The translations under genes and the position numbers were made by a program. DNA of 62,447 bases, filler included, from Sluysia triapertura (lineage: Eukaryota): the NCBI GenBank assembly GCA_046118255.1. It is 5 parts of 5 records of this genome, joined end to end, with 100 filler letters (N's around TTAATTAATTAA, not from the genome) between each part and the next. Parts side by side here need not be neighbours in the genome. Positions count along the whole stretch, not along the records: positions 39,264 to 50,134 come from JBJNIA010192328.1; positions 50,235 to 62,447 come from JBJNIA010128740.1; 3 more parts are not named here. The stretch is one strand, 5' to 3'. Below are positions 40,481 through 53,593 of this stretch, piece by piece. The notes under the pieces were generated by a model. The model had not been told where the DNA came from. It ran no database searches and saw only the letters and a program-made list of their open reading frames with translations. The first letter of the stretch is position 1. Each line of letters begins with the position of its first letter.

Positions 40481-41190
40481 AATATTTCAGTATGGCTGCC
40501 TCGGTGCAAAGTTATCTATATAAATGGCTGAATTTTCACTGAGATAACCATAACGAAAATTTTATCTTCGATAACTATGAGTTCAAAAATTATTCCAGAT
40601 TTCCATGATAACAAGTAATTTGTTTTTATATAAGTTTTAAAATTCTTACTTTAGTAAGAAAGAATCAAAATACACTCAAAATCAAAAAAACTTGAACACA
40701 AGACCTTGAGAAGGCTTGTTTAATTTATTTTTTAAAATCCAAAACAATTACTAAGGAAGTTGCTTTCTTAAGTAAGTTAAAATAATTGTTATGTTTATAT
40801 CATTGTTATCAAATTTATTATTTATTTTGTCAGTATCTAGTTTTCATTTTATAAACGTAGATTATTGATTATTTGCTAGTCCATAATAAGGCTAGTTTAA
40901 CGTTTAACCTTAATAAATTATTTTTAACTTGTATGTTAGACCATAACCGGATATCTTAATTATTTAGAAAATAGACCATAATTAGGCTAGTTTAATTTAT
41001 CGAATTTATAATGCTAATTCTTATTAAGTGTAGTGGAACTAATTTTTTGGACGTAGTAGACCGTTTTCAATTATTGATATCATCTAGCATTCTTTTTAAG
41101 TTCTTTAAAATCAAATCCTAATAGACCGCCATTGGTCAGATATAGAGGTCTCTATTAGGTGGACTCCTCTCAGAAAATTATTTTTGGCAA
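40481..41190 (-). repeat. Dispersed repeat, paralogue of 32110-33957; looks like a decayed coding relic with recurring KLALLxSS-like units
   Basis: Manual alignment with the 32-34 kb copy. Confidence 0.8.
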
Positions 41191-44100
41191 AAGCAAAAAC
41201 CTAGCAAACCCGATCATGAAACAGTGGACATAGCATATACAAATATAACATCTAATATGCAAGGCCATGCACGCATGATAATGATTTCAAGTTTTGAACA
41301 ATCTAAACTAATTATAAATTCGCTCCATGTTAAATTTCTACTTTTAAAATTTTTAACTTTAATATTTTTCAAATGGCCTGCACGTGGCTCATTATGCAAA
41401 CAATTTAAAACATTTAGAGTAGTAGGCAATCTATGTGCGAAGTAGAAAGCGTACGACATTCAGACACTGTAATAACTTTAAATTTGACATAACTCATAGC
41501 TTTAAGGTCATATAATATTAAATTATCATTTATGTAATCTTGTTCCTGATGATGGTAAGTAGCCAAAATTTCTACATTTGAAGTGGTGTCACGAGCTTAC
41601 TAAGTGGTATTTGAACGACAATTGGAATGGATCCAATTCTTTTTACTTATATCGATTTTATTTCTCAAGTCACTCAACATTAGAGATTTTGATTTCACCT
41701 AAATCTGAACTAAATTCATTTTGAGTGCATTCAGCATTGCACTTTGAAAAGTTTAGATACATTTTAAAATTTAGCCAAATTCCAAAAATAGTACAAGGCT
41801 AACTTATGCTGTATAGTTTTTATTTATTTAAATAATTTCTTATCTTTAATTATTTACTTTTCTACTTCTTTAATTCTTTGTCTTTAATAACATATTTCAT
41901 AAGTTCTTTCTCGGACGTTTGGAGTAATACATAAAACATGAGGTCTTAAACAATTGCCTTAAAGTCGCAGTAGACACGACAGATGTTGAATTGTACAATA
42001 AAATGATAATAATGATATATATTGTAGAAATAATATTAATATTATTAAATTATAATTTAAATTTAATCTACGATTTTATAATTCTATTGTTTTTAGAGTT
42101 GAAATGTAATAGTAAAAGTATGGGATTTTATGGGATGTTATACGATGGTATATGCGAAACATGTTATGATACATTTTTCTGATAAAGTTTTCGTGGTGTT
42201 AATGATATAATATGATCGTGAAACACTACTGAGACTCCACATAAATTAAGTTTAGAAACAAAATATCACCTAATTTATCTTATTCTTTAGCTAATACAAA
42301 ATTAATCACAAAATCTTTTTAACACATAAAAGAAAAAGATATTAATAAATCATTTTAATATAACATAATTATTTATTATATCTATAATTCTTTTCAAAGT
42401 CTAATTAATACTCCGTACTTTTGTTTATTTTATTTACGCATTCGATTTACTTAGATTATGTATTTTGAAGTTGTAGTTATTAATTTTATTAAACCAAAAA
42501 GTAGGAGAAAAGTTTTTCAGGGATAAAATTTAAATTTAACGAAACCAATGTAAAACCATTCAAATTCAACTCATTATAAAAATTCAAATTTGCTTCTAAT
42601 GGAGACAATAGATAAAGTTTCGGTATAACACTAATTAAATGAAAAATGAGGCAATAATAGACAAAGATTGGTAATAAGAATTAAATAAATAGCTGTGGGT
42701 ATTGATTATTTATAAAACGTCACGTAAACAATAATTAACGATATTAAACTATTTAGACTGTTTATTGAAGCCTTACAGTTAGGAGATTAAATTGTTGAAG
42801 TCGATAAGACGTAAATACTGAAAATAAGTGTGTAATTGAAATAGACCATCACAACATTATATTAAGTAAACATTTATATTGATATTAGTCAAGATAAAAA
42901 TCATATAGTTACGTCTCTCAAGAGGCGAATCCTTAGCTAAGATTATTTTGGAAGTATTTTTTAATAGAAAATTTACAATGTTTTATTTACTTCTAATTCT
43001 AATTTATAAAATATTGGATGAAATTCCAAAAAACATGAATTTCCGTCATCCATCTTCAATGTATTAAAATACTACTCTGTAGCTTTGTAAAGATTCAAAA
43101 GAGGTAAAATAAAGAAATGAATTTTGTTGGAAATAAGGTTAAGTTGACAGATGGTAGTGTTTACTACCAACAGTAAAAGTCCATTTCAAATTTAAAATTT
43201 ATTTACAATAAATTTATTAAAGTTGTAACAAAAAAAGAAATTATTTGAAAATTTAAGCACCATCACAATTTTATTTACTTCTCTGTGATAATGAAAGATT
43301 AATATTTTATTAGAAAATTTTTTATTTCTACTTATGTACTGGCACTACTTCTATTAGACAAATTGGATTATTGAAAATTTAACAATCCAAAAGACTGGAT
43401 TGTAAATTTTACTAGTTATTTTCTTTATTCTAGTTATGTTCTTTGTTCTTTTATATCCGCATTGCTGGTAAATATTTCTTCTCGGTTTTAACAGATTTGT
43501 TCATCTGTAGATATTTGTGTGTGAAACATTTAATGGGTAAAAAATATTTAAAATAATTAATATATTTTGTTAAAATCATTATTTTTAATGAATTAATACT
43601 TTTAAACAATTAACAATTAAAAATAAATTATTTTGTTAAAAAGAATAAACACTTAAAACAAAATATACCTTTGAAAAATAAAATTTAGTGGAGTTTTATT
43701 TACATAAACATTTTAGAATTAAATTTTAACGGAGTAAATTTGAATATAATAAGCAAAACTTGCAATGTGTTTAAAAACAATTTTTTAAAAGATGATCAAA
43801 AAGAACTTTTTAAAGATTAATTAATTTCATTAATTCAGCGTCACTTGGGAAATCTGATTGATTCAACATTCAGAGTTCTATTCAATTTAAGACCCGTTTA
43901 TATTGATAAACTTCGTGAGAAAATTATATACACATCCGAAATAGCTGATTTTGTTAAGAAATAAAATACACTAAAATTATTAAACTTTTACGCTAGCTTA
44001 AGCTAGTGACAAAATCACTACAAAATTTAAATATTTTGTCATATTGTTATAATTACATCATTTTATATTTATATTCTCTATAATTCACAATTTATAATTT

Positions 44101-44619
44101 TGATTTATTTTAGTAATGTACAGTGGTGTTCATTTCTCTTTAATTTTTATAAGAAAGATATTAGGGGACACGCTAACCCATCACAAAGGTGAGAAATTAA
44201 ACTTTAGTGAAAAAAGGGAAATTATTTAAAGAAACTATTTAAGTTAAGTTTATTTGGACCATACATCATACAGTTACCTCCCGTGCATCGTAGATGAACC
44301 CAGTTTGTAATTTTGCAGTTATAATTTTTGTGTGGAAATAATCTTCATTTGAGTTTAATTTAATTCCATGAATTCTTTCCATCTTCCTTCATGTTGGTTT
44401 TGCAATTTCTGATTTTTGCCTTATTTAAAGATATTTATGAGTGCTTTTAATGTTTATAAAAATAATTTCTTGAGTTTTGTAAAACGTTTTGATAGTCTGT
44501 AAGTTGTAAAGTAAGTGCTCGTCGACTTTTTGATAGTATAGAAGAAACATAACATTGAAAAGTACAATTTTCAAGGTCAACTATTTCATATTAATAATAA
44601 TAAATTAAAAATAATAAAA

Positions 44620-44691
44620 TGGACTGACCGTGAATCGAACCCCGGACCTTTCGCTGAGCAGTTCGATGCTTTGTCCACTGAGATATCAGTC
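44620..44691 (-). pseudogene. tRNA-like element (tRNA pseudogene or tRNA-derived SINE head)
   Basis: Reverse complement GACTGATATCTCAGTGGACAAAGCATCGAACTGCTCAGCGAAAGGTCCGGGGTTCGATTCACGGTCAGTCCA. It has acceptor stem GACTGAT/GTCAGTC, an A-box-like TATCTCAGTGG and B-box GGTTCGATTC. The anticodon arm is imperfect and the variable loop is short despite a GCT triplet. Confidence 0.8.
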
Positions 44692-45203
44692 ACGTCTAAC
44701 AATTTTTAGATTACTATAATCAATTATACTACATGGCACTTTGGGCCTCTATCCAAACAATAATAAGATAATTAAAACATAGTAGTATAAAAATATTAAT
44801 TAATAATAATAGTAACTACGCACAAAATATTAAAATTAAAAACTCTTACATGACCATAATCAACTTAACGAAAGGCAATTAGTTATTTTTCAGTATTAAC
44901 AAATTTGTTGTGTGACAGACAATTATTGATACATTTATTTTGTTTTCCAAGTGACACTACAGAATTCATTATTTGTCGATAATATAAGCAATCTTTGTAT
45001 ATATTGTATGAGTTATCTAAATCTGTAATTTCTAAAATATGTTATGAAATTTCTAACTAATTTTATTCTAATTAATTTTAATTTTGATTGTGCTTTTTGA
45101 TATTTCCATATTTTGGTTTGAAAAAATTTACAAATTCTTATAAAATTTATTATTAATTATTATTATTAAGATTATTAATTTTGTTTAAAATATTTTAAAA
45201 AAA

Positions 45204-45239
45204 TCAAGGTCAATGACCTTATCTAATTAGCTATAAATA
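45204..45239 (+). promoter_or_regulatory. TCAAGGTCA extended to a perfect IR1 palindrome AGGTCA-A-TGACCT, followed by TATAAATA
   Basis: TCAAGGTCAATGACCTT at 45204-45220 and TATAAATA at 45232-45239. Confidence 0.55.
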
Positions 45240-46261
45240 GCTTAAACCAAATAACAAAAAACATTGATTTCTCAACTATTTACTAAATATTTGTGAAAAT
45301 ATTTATTCGATTTTTAAATAACAATTTATTACACGTGTGAGAATAATTTTATTTGGAAAATATTTTAAGAAGACAAATTATTAATCCTTTGTTCGTATCA
45401 TAGTTCTCCATTATCAATGTACTCGTTGGTTTATGTCGAATTATTTTATAAAAAGTTTTAAAAACAACTTCAAATATTGAAGTAAAAACTCTAGTAACAA
45501 TTAATTGCAAATATAAAATTTATTTATAATTTTGAATATTAAATTATAATTATACAATTATAATATTAAAATCTCAACACTATTGTGTAATACTAGAATC
45601 TGTAATACTGTTAATTTATTATATTATTAATTTTATTGTTTTGCAACATCATAAAAGTATAAATCTGTCATATATCGTTAATTTATTAATTTTATTGTAA
45701 AAACATAAATTTGTTATACGTTGTCTATTTATTAACATAATTTTATTGTATCTTTTAACACTATAAAACGTAAATCTGTTATCGTATTTCTAGTGTAACG
45801 TTATAAGTTTATTAATAAAAGTTTAGAATTGATAATTTTTCGTTATAATATTATTTAAAAATATTTGAGACCATGCAATCTTTACGGAATAAGGTAAAAT
45901 TATATTGTTATAATGTATTTTAAAATCTACAGTATAATAAGTCATAATCTGTTAACATTTAATTTAATTGTCAAATGTCAATTAAAAATAATGTTTTACA
46001 GTTATAATTTAATGTGTATTTATAAAAATAGATATTGATTTTGAATTTATAATTTAATGTGTTTAGATAAAAATAGACTTGATAAGTTACAGTTAAAAAC
46101 AGATATTTGTTAATTTAATGTTTTACATTATTAATATTATTATTTATTGTCATAAAAAATTATTATTTTTATTATAAAAAACAAAATAAAATAATTTTTT
46201 ATTAAAAAATAATTCTTTATAATATATTATGAAATTTTAATTCTTTGTTTTAACTAGATTC

Positions 46262-47151
46262 TCAAGGATACCCAAGTAACTGTAAAAGCTACATTAATTT
46301 TACATCAAAGCCACAAATTTTCTAAACACAATTTTTGTAGATATACATTTGAAGAATATTTCTTAATTTCATAACGATCGAGTTAATTTGATACACAGTT
46401 TTCTGGATTATATATTTCCATAGGATTTTCTGTTGTTAATCGTTAGTTTTCCTTTTTAAGTTTCGCCTATTTTTCACTGTGCGTAAAATCCACTTAAAAT
46501 CTTTAAAGTATATTTCAATTGCCCCTTTTAATTTGGACGATGTAAAATCTGATTTAAAATTTCTAATCTGTTTATATTATAATCTTATAAATTAATTATT
46601 ATGATTGTTAATTTTATATTATACAATTTTTTAATATATTTTTGACTTGAAGGTCATACATAGCATAAGGTAAGCCGGTTTTACACCGTCATAAATTTGA
46701 CTTAAAATCTATTAAAAAGAATTTATGAAAATTAAGACACCGTTTTTATAATACAACAGTAACATGCTACTTAAAATCATCAATTTTTTTATTAAACCAT
46801 GTTTCATACGATAAAACTCTTGTTACACAAATTATTATGAAAAGAAAATATTCACCTTATTTTAAATAGCTAACCTACAATTTTTTACTTTTGTTAATTC
46901 CTACTTACAACTTAGCCCTTAAGTGCGTAAGACTGTAAGATTGTAAGAGACTCACCACATAAATTAAGAAACAATAAATAACAAACCAGATCAAATTTAA
47001 AATACAAAATTTAACTTCGTTATTTAACGGACATGAAACAATCAATTATCTCATATCTTCTTTGACCTCCACATACGCTCAAATTTATTTTTACGCTGAC
47101 ATCTATCAGTTGGCCCTTAACTGTGTAAGCCCAACATCATGAACGACTCAC
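46262..47151 (+). mobile_element. Recurrent cassette copy F (degenerate)
   Basis: TCAAGGATA at 46262. ATCGTTAGTTT...GTGCGTAAA..ACTTAAAAT is shared with copy D (GTTAGT at 46442). Stem-loop remnant GTTGG-CCCTTAACTGTGTAAGC-CCAAC...GACTCAC at 47101-47151. Confidence 0.62.
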
Positions 47152-47411
47152 AAAACAATATTTAAAGTTTAGAAGTTTAAAGTCTAGAGTTAAATATATA
47201 TTTTTTGAATTCATTCTAAGAACCTAAATTATAGACAAGTTATCGAATATTTATCGACAAAAAATATTATATATAATTAAGTTACAACATTTATAAATTA
47301 ATCGATTAAGAAATTTACTTGAAAGTCACATAAAACTTTCCCATGATATTTTTAAGTGCTCATTATAAATTTATTTTAATGAATAAGTTTAAATTAAATA
47401 AAAAGACTGGC

Positions 47412-47635
47412 ACCTTTGACTACCAATGGGACGATGGGTCCCAGAGAAACTATGTTCTACATCAGTGGATTAAAAGTAGCTTTAAACAACCAAACAGATC
47501 GTCCCAATGGTTGTGTAATGTTTATTGAAATCAGCTGGTCGGTTACATTTTTTCAATTATGCCATGGCCATAAGTTATTAGCCAATTAAGTTAATATTAT
47601 AAAATGGGACCAAAAAAGGTTTGGTAGTAAAAGGG
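47412..47635. mobile_element. piggyBac-like MITE (~225 bp)
   Basis: Left end CCTTTGACTACCAA and right end TTGGTAGTAAAAGGG|TTAA, with internal TGGGAC/GTCCCA subterminal repeats. The left TTAA is not preserved. Confidence 0.65.
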
Positions 47636-47639
47636 TTAA

Positions 47640-49780
47640 GGGGTGTTCCAGTAATAATGACTTTTAGCTCTATGAAGATGAAATATAGTCATTCTTCACT
47701 TGTCTTCGTTGCCCACATATTGCTCTAGTTACTTCCTTGTGTGACCCATACTATAAGAACCCAATCCTTTTCAAACATTATATTCCTGGATACCTCCCGG
47801 GCTGCCCTACGATTTGTGCAGTAATCTGCATCAAATCTCATTTTTCTTTACGTGTCATTGACGTCAATGATGGATCTTCCTACATCATTGACCTCTACGT
47901 AGCAAAAACAATCAAGCTACCAAAGCGGCAGGGAAAGAGCTTTCAAAGCACATCTGTTTCCTTCTTGACATTAAGGGCATTACGTTTCTCGCAAAGTCAC
48001 TTTTCCCTTTTAAACTCCTATGACTGCGGAGTCATGATTTTTGGATATCTGGAGGCCCTAGCTTTGCGCTGATTCTTGAGGCTGGAACCTAATTTCCCTA
48101 AAGTCAATCAAATCTGGTCCTAAGGGTTTCCAATCAACATTCCGACAGGTTAATCTAAAGACTCGGCTTGTATCACAGAACAAAAATATGGCTGCCGCAA
48201 TAGCCCAACATATCACCCCACTTAGGACAGATTATCAACTTCCGCCAAAAGCAATTATCCCTCGATTTACCAACATTAAGCCTACATTCGCCCAAGCTGT
48301 TAAACATACGAGTACAGTTCCCTTAGGACTACACCAACATCGAACAAACTCGTTATCCCTAAATAGACGGATATTAAAGTCTCAGAACCTCGGACTGCTA
48401 ATCTCCCAATACTTACGGTAACCAGGAATACCAAGGCGGCAACTTCTGAACCTAAACCGTCTAACCTTACTAATAACATAGGCCGTAAGAATTCTGCTCT
48501 CCCTAAAACTGCGACTGTTAAAATATCGAATCCTAAAGTCTCTGCACGTAAAGTTCTTTTCTAAAAAAGTGACTGGAAGAAAAAACCATTTCGGTACAGT
48601 AATCTTCAAGTCACACTGGCCCCTATTTATAACCCTTTTGTGGTAGTACCCACAACCTGGTAATTACCATTAATAGGGATACATTCTTCTTTGTAAAGCT
48701 GAATGCAAATGAACCTCGACCTATCCCTCCTATTGATGATAAACCCACGCTGTCTAGTGCTGAAGTGTATTTTGAGACTCCGACCGTCACTGAGGTAGCC
48801 ATCCCTAAAACCTAATGTTAATCATAATGCTACAACCTACTTCTGTGACGCACCACCTCAACTTATCAGTACCATTCCAATCCCTTCTAATAACTTAACG
48901 ACAACTGCTGCTGATGAATTGATCTTGAACACCACATCTCCTATGATGCCCACTGAGACGATCAAACTGCTTCTACCTCTGAACTTCTTCCTATCGCTAC
49001 TGTTGTTGATCATATTAATATTCCTCCTCAAACAATTTCTCCTGCATCTAGTGAGACCTATGAAATTATTAGTCTCCACAATTAATCTATCTGCACGACT
49101 CCTCCTCACATTGAACCCGCGGTTACTTCAGCTTTCGAAAATGGTATTGATCTTGATGATTGCAGCACTTGTATTTCTTCAACTTCTTGCAATAAGTTGC
49201 ATGATAATACTCACATCATTATCTCTCCTAAGGGATACATTAAATGCTCTCTACTTGACTGCAGTATGAAAGGTCTTACTATTAAGAACAGCTCTGATTT
49301 CAAGGAAGTCCGTAGGCATTTTACTACTAAACACTACTTCACCACCACTTGAGAAATTTTAAAGTAAAATGTATATGTGGAAGCAATCAAGGCATGAAAA
49401 GAGATTACAATGACCCACATTGAACAAAAAAAGTCACATTGAAAAAAGTCACCGTCCTATCTCCCTTATAACTCAGGGAGATACGCAGACCCTTTACACG
49501 GTCTCATCTCTTACCACTGTTCGGTGTAAATTTTGGGGGTTACTAAAAAGCTTAATCATAATGATTGCAATAGCCATTAGCGCCACCAACTTAAGAAGCA
49601 TAGTTTTAAAGGAAATCAAGCCATTGTTAAGTGCTCATACAGCCTTCTTTTTGATAGTTTGGTTTCTCTTTCCAAGCATATGGTAAAATACACTGCAGCC
49701 AATAACATGACTCTTACTCCAACTACTAAGGACCTTGATTCCACCCACCGGTCAGAGTGACTATTCCTGAACGCGATAGT
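47640..49780 (+). mobile_element. Decayed 5' region of a retroelement encoding a Ulp1/C48-like cysteine protease, a Pro/Thr-rich linker and zinc fingers (NeSL-clade-like non-LTR architecture)
   Basis: GC-richer island. ORF 47737-48072 has SHFSLRVID..(D) and NSYDCGVM..YLEAL, a His-Asp-Cys triad pattern. An alternate frame at ~49113-49352 reads KCSLLDC..12-14..RRHFTTKH (C2H2-like). Further Cys/His remnants extend to ~49650. Confidence 0.68.
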
Positions 49781-51473
49781 TTGATGAAGAACACGAGTAA
49801 AGAAAAATGCTTATTATTAATCAAGTTTTCTTTGTTGAATTTTAAAATATTTACATTTAGTGGGTTGTTAATAAAAAGAAAAAGCGTATTAGTGTTACTA
49901 TTGATATGAAGGAAGCGCAAAATGGAGAAATTGCCAGTTGAAAACTATTACAATAATTAGTTTACATAAACAGCTTGGAATTTTCGATTTTCATATACTA
50001 CTTATAAATTGTTATTTAAGTAGTATGTTTTAAGTAATGTTTTAAGAAGTGTTTTGAGCTACTTTTTGAAATCAATGCTTGTATAGTTTGATGAACAACA
50101 TAAGTAAACAGAAATGGTTACTAATAATCAAGTTNNNNNNNNNNNNNNNNNNNNNNNNNNNNNNNNNNNNNNNNNNNNTTAATTAATTAANNNNNNNNNN
50201 NNNNNNNNNNNNNNNNNNNNNNNNNNNNNNNNNNCTCATCAATTTTTCCTTCATTTATAATTCTATACGTCTTCCACTCGTCTCCTAATCCAAAGTTGGG
50301 CAATCCCAACATAATCTCCGTTAAATAATTTATTTCAAATCTCCTTCCAAGGAGTCAATAAAACCAAATAAGTGTGAAATGTAATTTGTAAAACAAAATT
50401 TTGAAAATTTAATTTGCTTATTCTTATACAGTTGTTGGAATTGCTCTTCATATATAATTTAAACAACTTATTTAAAAATAATTTAATTAGTCTGATTGTA
50501 AATATAGTTATATATTAATTTATATAAATTCTATTATAATTATTAAACTTTATTATTAATTTCATAAATTCTAAACTTACTGATTAAAAATTGAATAAAA
50601 TTAAATTTTGCACTAAATAATTGATTAAAATTAAGCATTCATTAAATAGACTACATTATTATTAGACATATATTGAAACATATATTATCTAGACTAAACT
50701 TTGTTATCTTTGACATTTGTTATCAGACTCTGATTTGTTGACGAATAAATTATATATGATAAGAAAGATGATAATGATGTATTTTGAATTCTGGTGATAT
50801 ATTGATTCAGAAACATTTTATGTCCATGTTTTGCGTAAGTTATTTTTATTAAGGTAGGTACTAAAATTAAAATATTAGTATCATAAAATCCACGTAAATA
50901 TTTCCATTTTAAGTGAATATTTAGTGAGTTTCACCGATATATTGAGGGTTAAAATCTATGAAATATTATCGTAAATGTAAATTAAAGACTTTAATTTTAA
51001 TTTTTTAATACTTTTATTGCTACTTTACTTCTAATATACTTTATTCATTTAATATTTTTTTAATAATTCAGTGTTAATTTATTATTAAAATCGTGTTTGA
51101 ATATAAATTATGAATTTATTAGTTTTTAGTTTAGATTTTAATAAATACATTAAGTAAGCATTAAGCAAAGACCCTTAGTAATTTGTGATTACCATTAAAT
51201 TGATTGATTAGATTCGAATTTTAAGATTAAAGTTAAAGCATTATTGATAACAATTAACTTATCAACTTATCAACGTCCTCTATACGTTGTAAGTCGTTTA
51301 CTGTAACCGGACCCTGTTCAAATATATTTTGCCGCAGGTTAAGTGTTAGAAAAACCACAGCATATAATATATTTATTTTTGTTAATAATATTTTATAAAA
51401 TAATATTTATAAACTTTCATAAATCTCAAATGAAATTAGTATGATTTTGTTATTTTAACTACTATGATTATGA

Positions 51474-51478
51474 TTGTG

Positions 51479-51545
<67 letters not shown>
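51474..51545. repeat. (ATT)n microsatellite abutting cassette copy G
   Basis: Direct reading. Confidence 0.95.
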
Positions 51546-52391
51546 GAATGACTGATTAGATATTGATTTCACCAACATATCTAAACTTACCGATTAGACC
51601 GCTGGATTTTTGTGTAAATTAATAACTTATGGAAGTTTATTCTAAATTTGTTTAATATATAAGCTCAGTGAAATTATACGAGATTTTTAAAGGAACTATA
51701 ATTATCTACTTAAAACATGAGAAAGCTTATTAACTCTTACTATCAGTATTAATATTTTACTAAGGTTCTTTCGTAAAGAGAACCTGAAAATAATCAATTT
51801 TGATTTTAGATATTTTATATTACATTTTATTACGATTTCTAATTCAAACGAAACCGTTAAAAACTTTGTATAATTTACGTCGGTTACTAAACTAAACCGG
51901 AAAGAAACTATTAATGAAAGATGTTAATGATGATTTTTCTGAGGTTCGTTATAATGAATCTAGTTACTTAATTATTCAAAATTTAAATGAAAAGATGATA
52001 AATTAATATAAAAGGATTTAGACAACACAGATAATAAGCTGTAATAATAATTTGTAATTTTAAAAAGATTATCTTCTACTAATAATCTTATGCAAATCAA
52101 ATTTTAGAAGTATTTTACTTTGTTAGTAATTTAAATGTTAACTAAAATTTATTAGAGATTTTAAAGAGATTTTTCTCTGCAATATTAAAAGATTGATTAC
52201 AACCTATATAAATAAAACTAAAGCAAATATTAAATTTTTTCTTTTGTGGTGAATTTCATCTGCGAATTGTCTTCTAAAATTTGTCTCATTCAACAAAATT
52301 AAATTCAAAAATGTTTAAAAATCGAGTTACTGCGTGAGATTAAACTTTTGAAAGTTTAAGCTTATAAATTAAAATTGGTTTTTAACCTTGA
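51546..52391 (-). mobile_element. Recurrent cassette copy G (degenerate)
   Basis: TCAAGGTTA at 52383-52391 (minus), palindrome AGGTTC...GAACCT at 51763-51785, and an internally deleted stem-loop at 51564-51609 (AAATCCAGCG..CTAATCGGTAAGT..TGTTGGTGAAATCA). Confidence 0.58.
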
Positions 52392-53556
52392 CATACATTA
52401 AATTCAAATAAATACTCAATTTAAACAAATATTTTATTTGTCAGTTTTAATTTTTAAACAATTTCTTTCATTAATAATATTAATTTAATAAATAATTTAC
52501 CGATAAAACCAAGATAATAATCATTAAATCCAGAATTGAATATAAAATTAAGTCAAAATAATCAATTTGAAACTTTGTACAACTATGTTACTTGACATTA
52601 TTATTATTATTACATTATTGATAATTTAGACGTATTATATTACAAAACAATCAATAATACAGAATATTCTTCATCGTTTGAATTACGTCGTTAGTATTGA
52701 TATTTATTTGTTTAGAAAAATACTAATTTCAAATAATGCTTTTTCATTTAGTTCTTTTAAAAGTTGGTTTTTGTATTGAAACCAATCTAAATGTTGTACA
52801 ATTTTACTTTATCTTAATTATATTGTTGCATTACTGCTAAAAAATTACTTTTCAAATTCATTCAATATTGTGCTTCTCTATCCTACAAAAAGGTTTTCCA
52901 TTTTTTAGATAAATATTTTATTTTATGTCTGTCATTCTCACACTGAAACAGAGCTCTAAATGATGCAGCCATTAAAATTTGTTTAATTGATTTAATCAAT
53001 GGTCAGAATGAAAAAATGTATGAATACTGTCAGTATATATATTTATATATAACAATTAGAATTATTATTGTGATATTTAGATTTAACCTTTTGTGTGCGA
53101 GTGGTAGATAAATTTATCGTCAAATAGATATACGTGTATTAACTAACTATCCAATGAACATATTATTATTTAATCCAGTAAATTATTCACATTATAAAAA
53201 ACGTAAAAAAGTGTCCGTGTTGGTCACCTAAATCTCATAATGAATCGATACATTTGGCTGACAGACCATAATTCTTATTTATCAACAAAGTAAAAGATTA
53301 TTACTGCTTTATGTATCGTCTTGTCTGTACTTTACCAACAATTTGAAATTCCTTCTAGGCAGTGTTAATAGACTTAGATTTTTGTGAAGTTATAAATACA
53401 TTCGTTCTTAGTTATTATTTTAGTTATAAATTAATTGGTTTAATTTTACATAATAATTTTAATGAATCATTTTACTTCAGATATTTGTTGAATTTCGAAT
53501 TTGAATTTTATTCGAATTTCCCAATCATTCTTTAAATCCTAATAAAAATCTCACAT

Positions 53557-53583
53557 TATATATATATATATATATATATATAT
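53557..53583. repeat. (TA)n microsatellite next to the end of cassette copy H
   Basis: Direct reading. Confidence 0.95.
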
Positions 53584-53593
53584 GCTACGCTTT

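Noticed and set aside
44250-44325. NCKITNWVHLRCTG (minus), a PHD-finger-like fragment
   Set aside because: Too short, and the other zinc ligands are not visible, so a call cannot be supported.
48858-49269. Leu-rich ORF 48919-49269 and Arg-rich antisense ORF
   Set aside because: Off-frame readings of the decayed Pro/Thr-rich and zinc-finger frame of the retroelement relic.
50924-50956. GTGAGTTTCACCGA..., a possible ninth stem-loop remnant
   Set aside because: Only the terminal ~13 nt match; the arms and GTAAG are missing.
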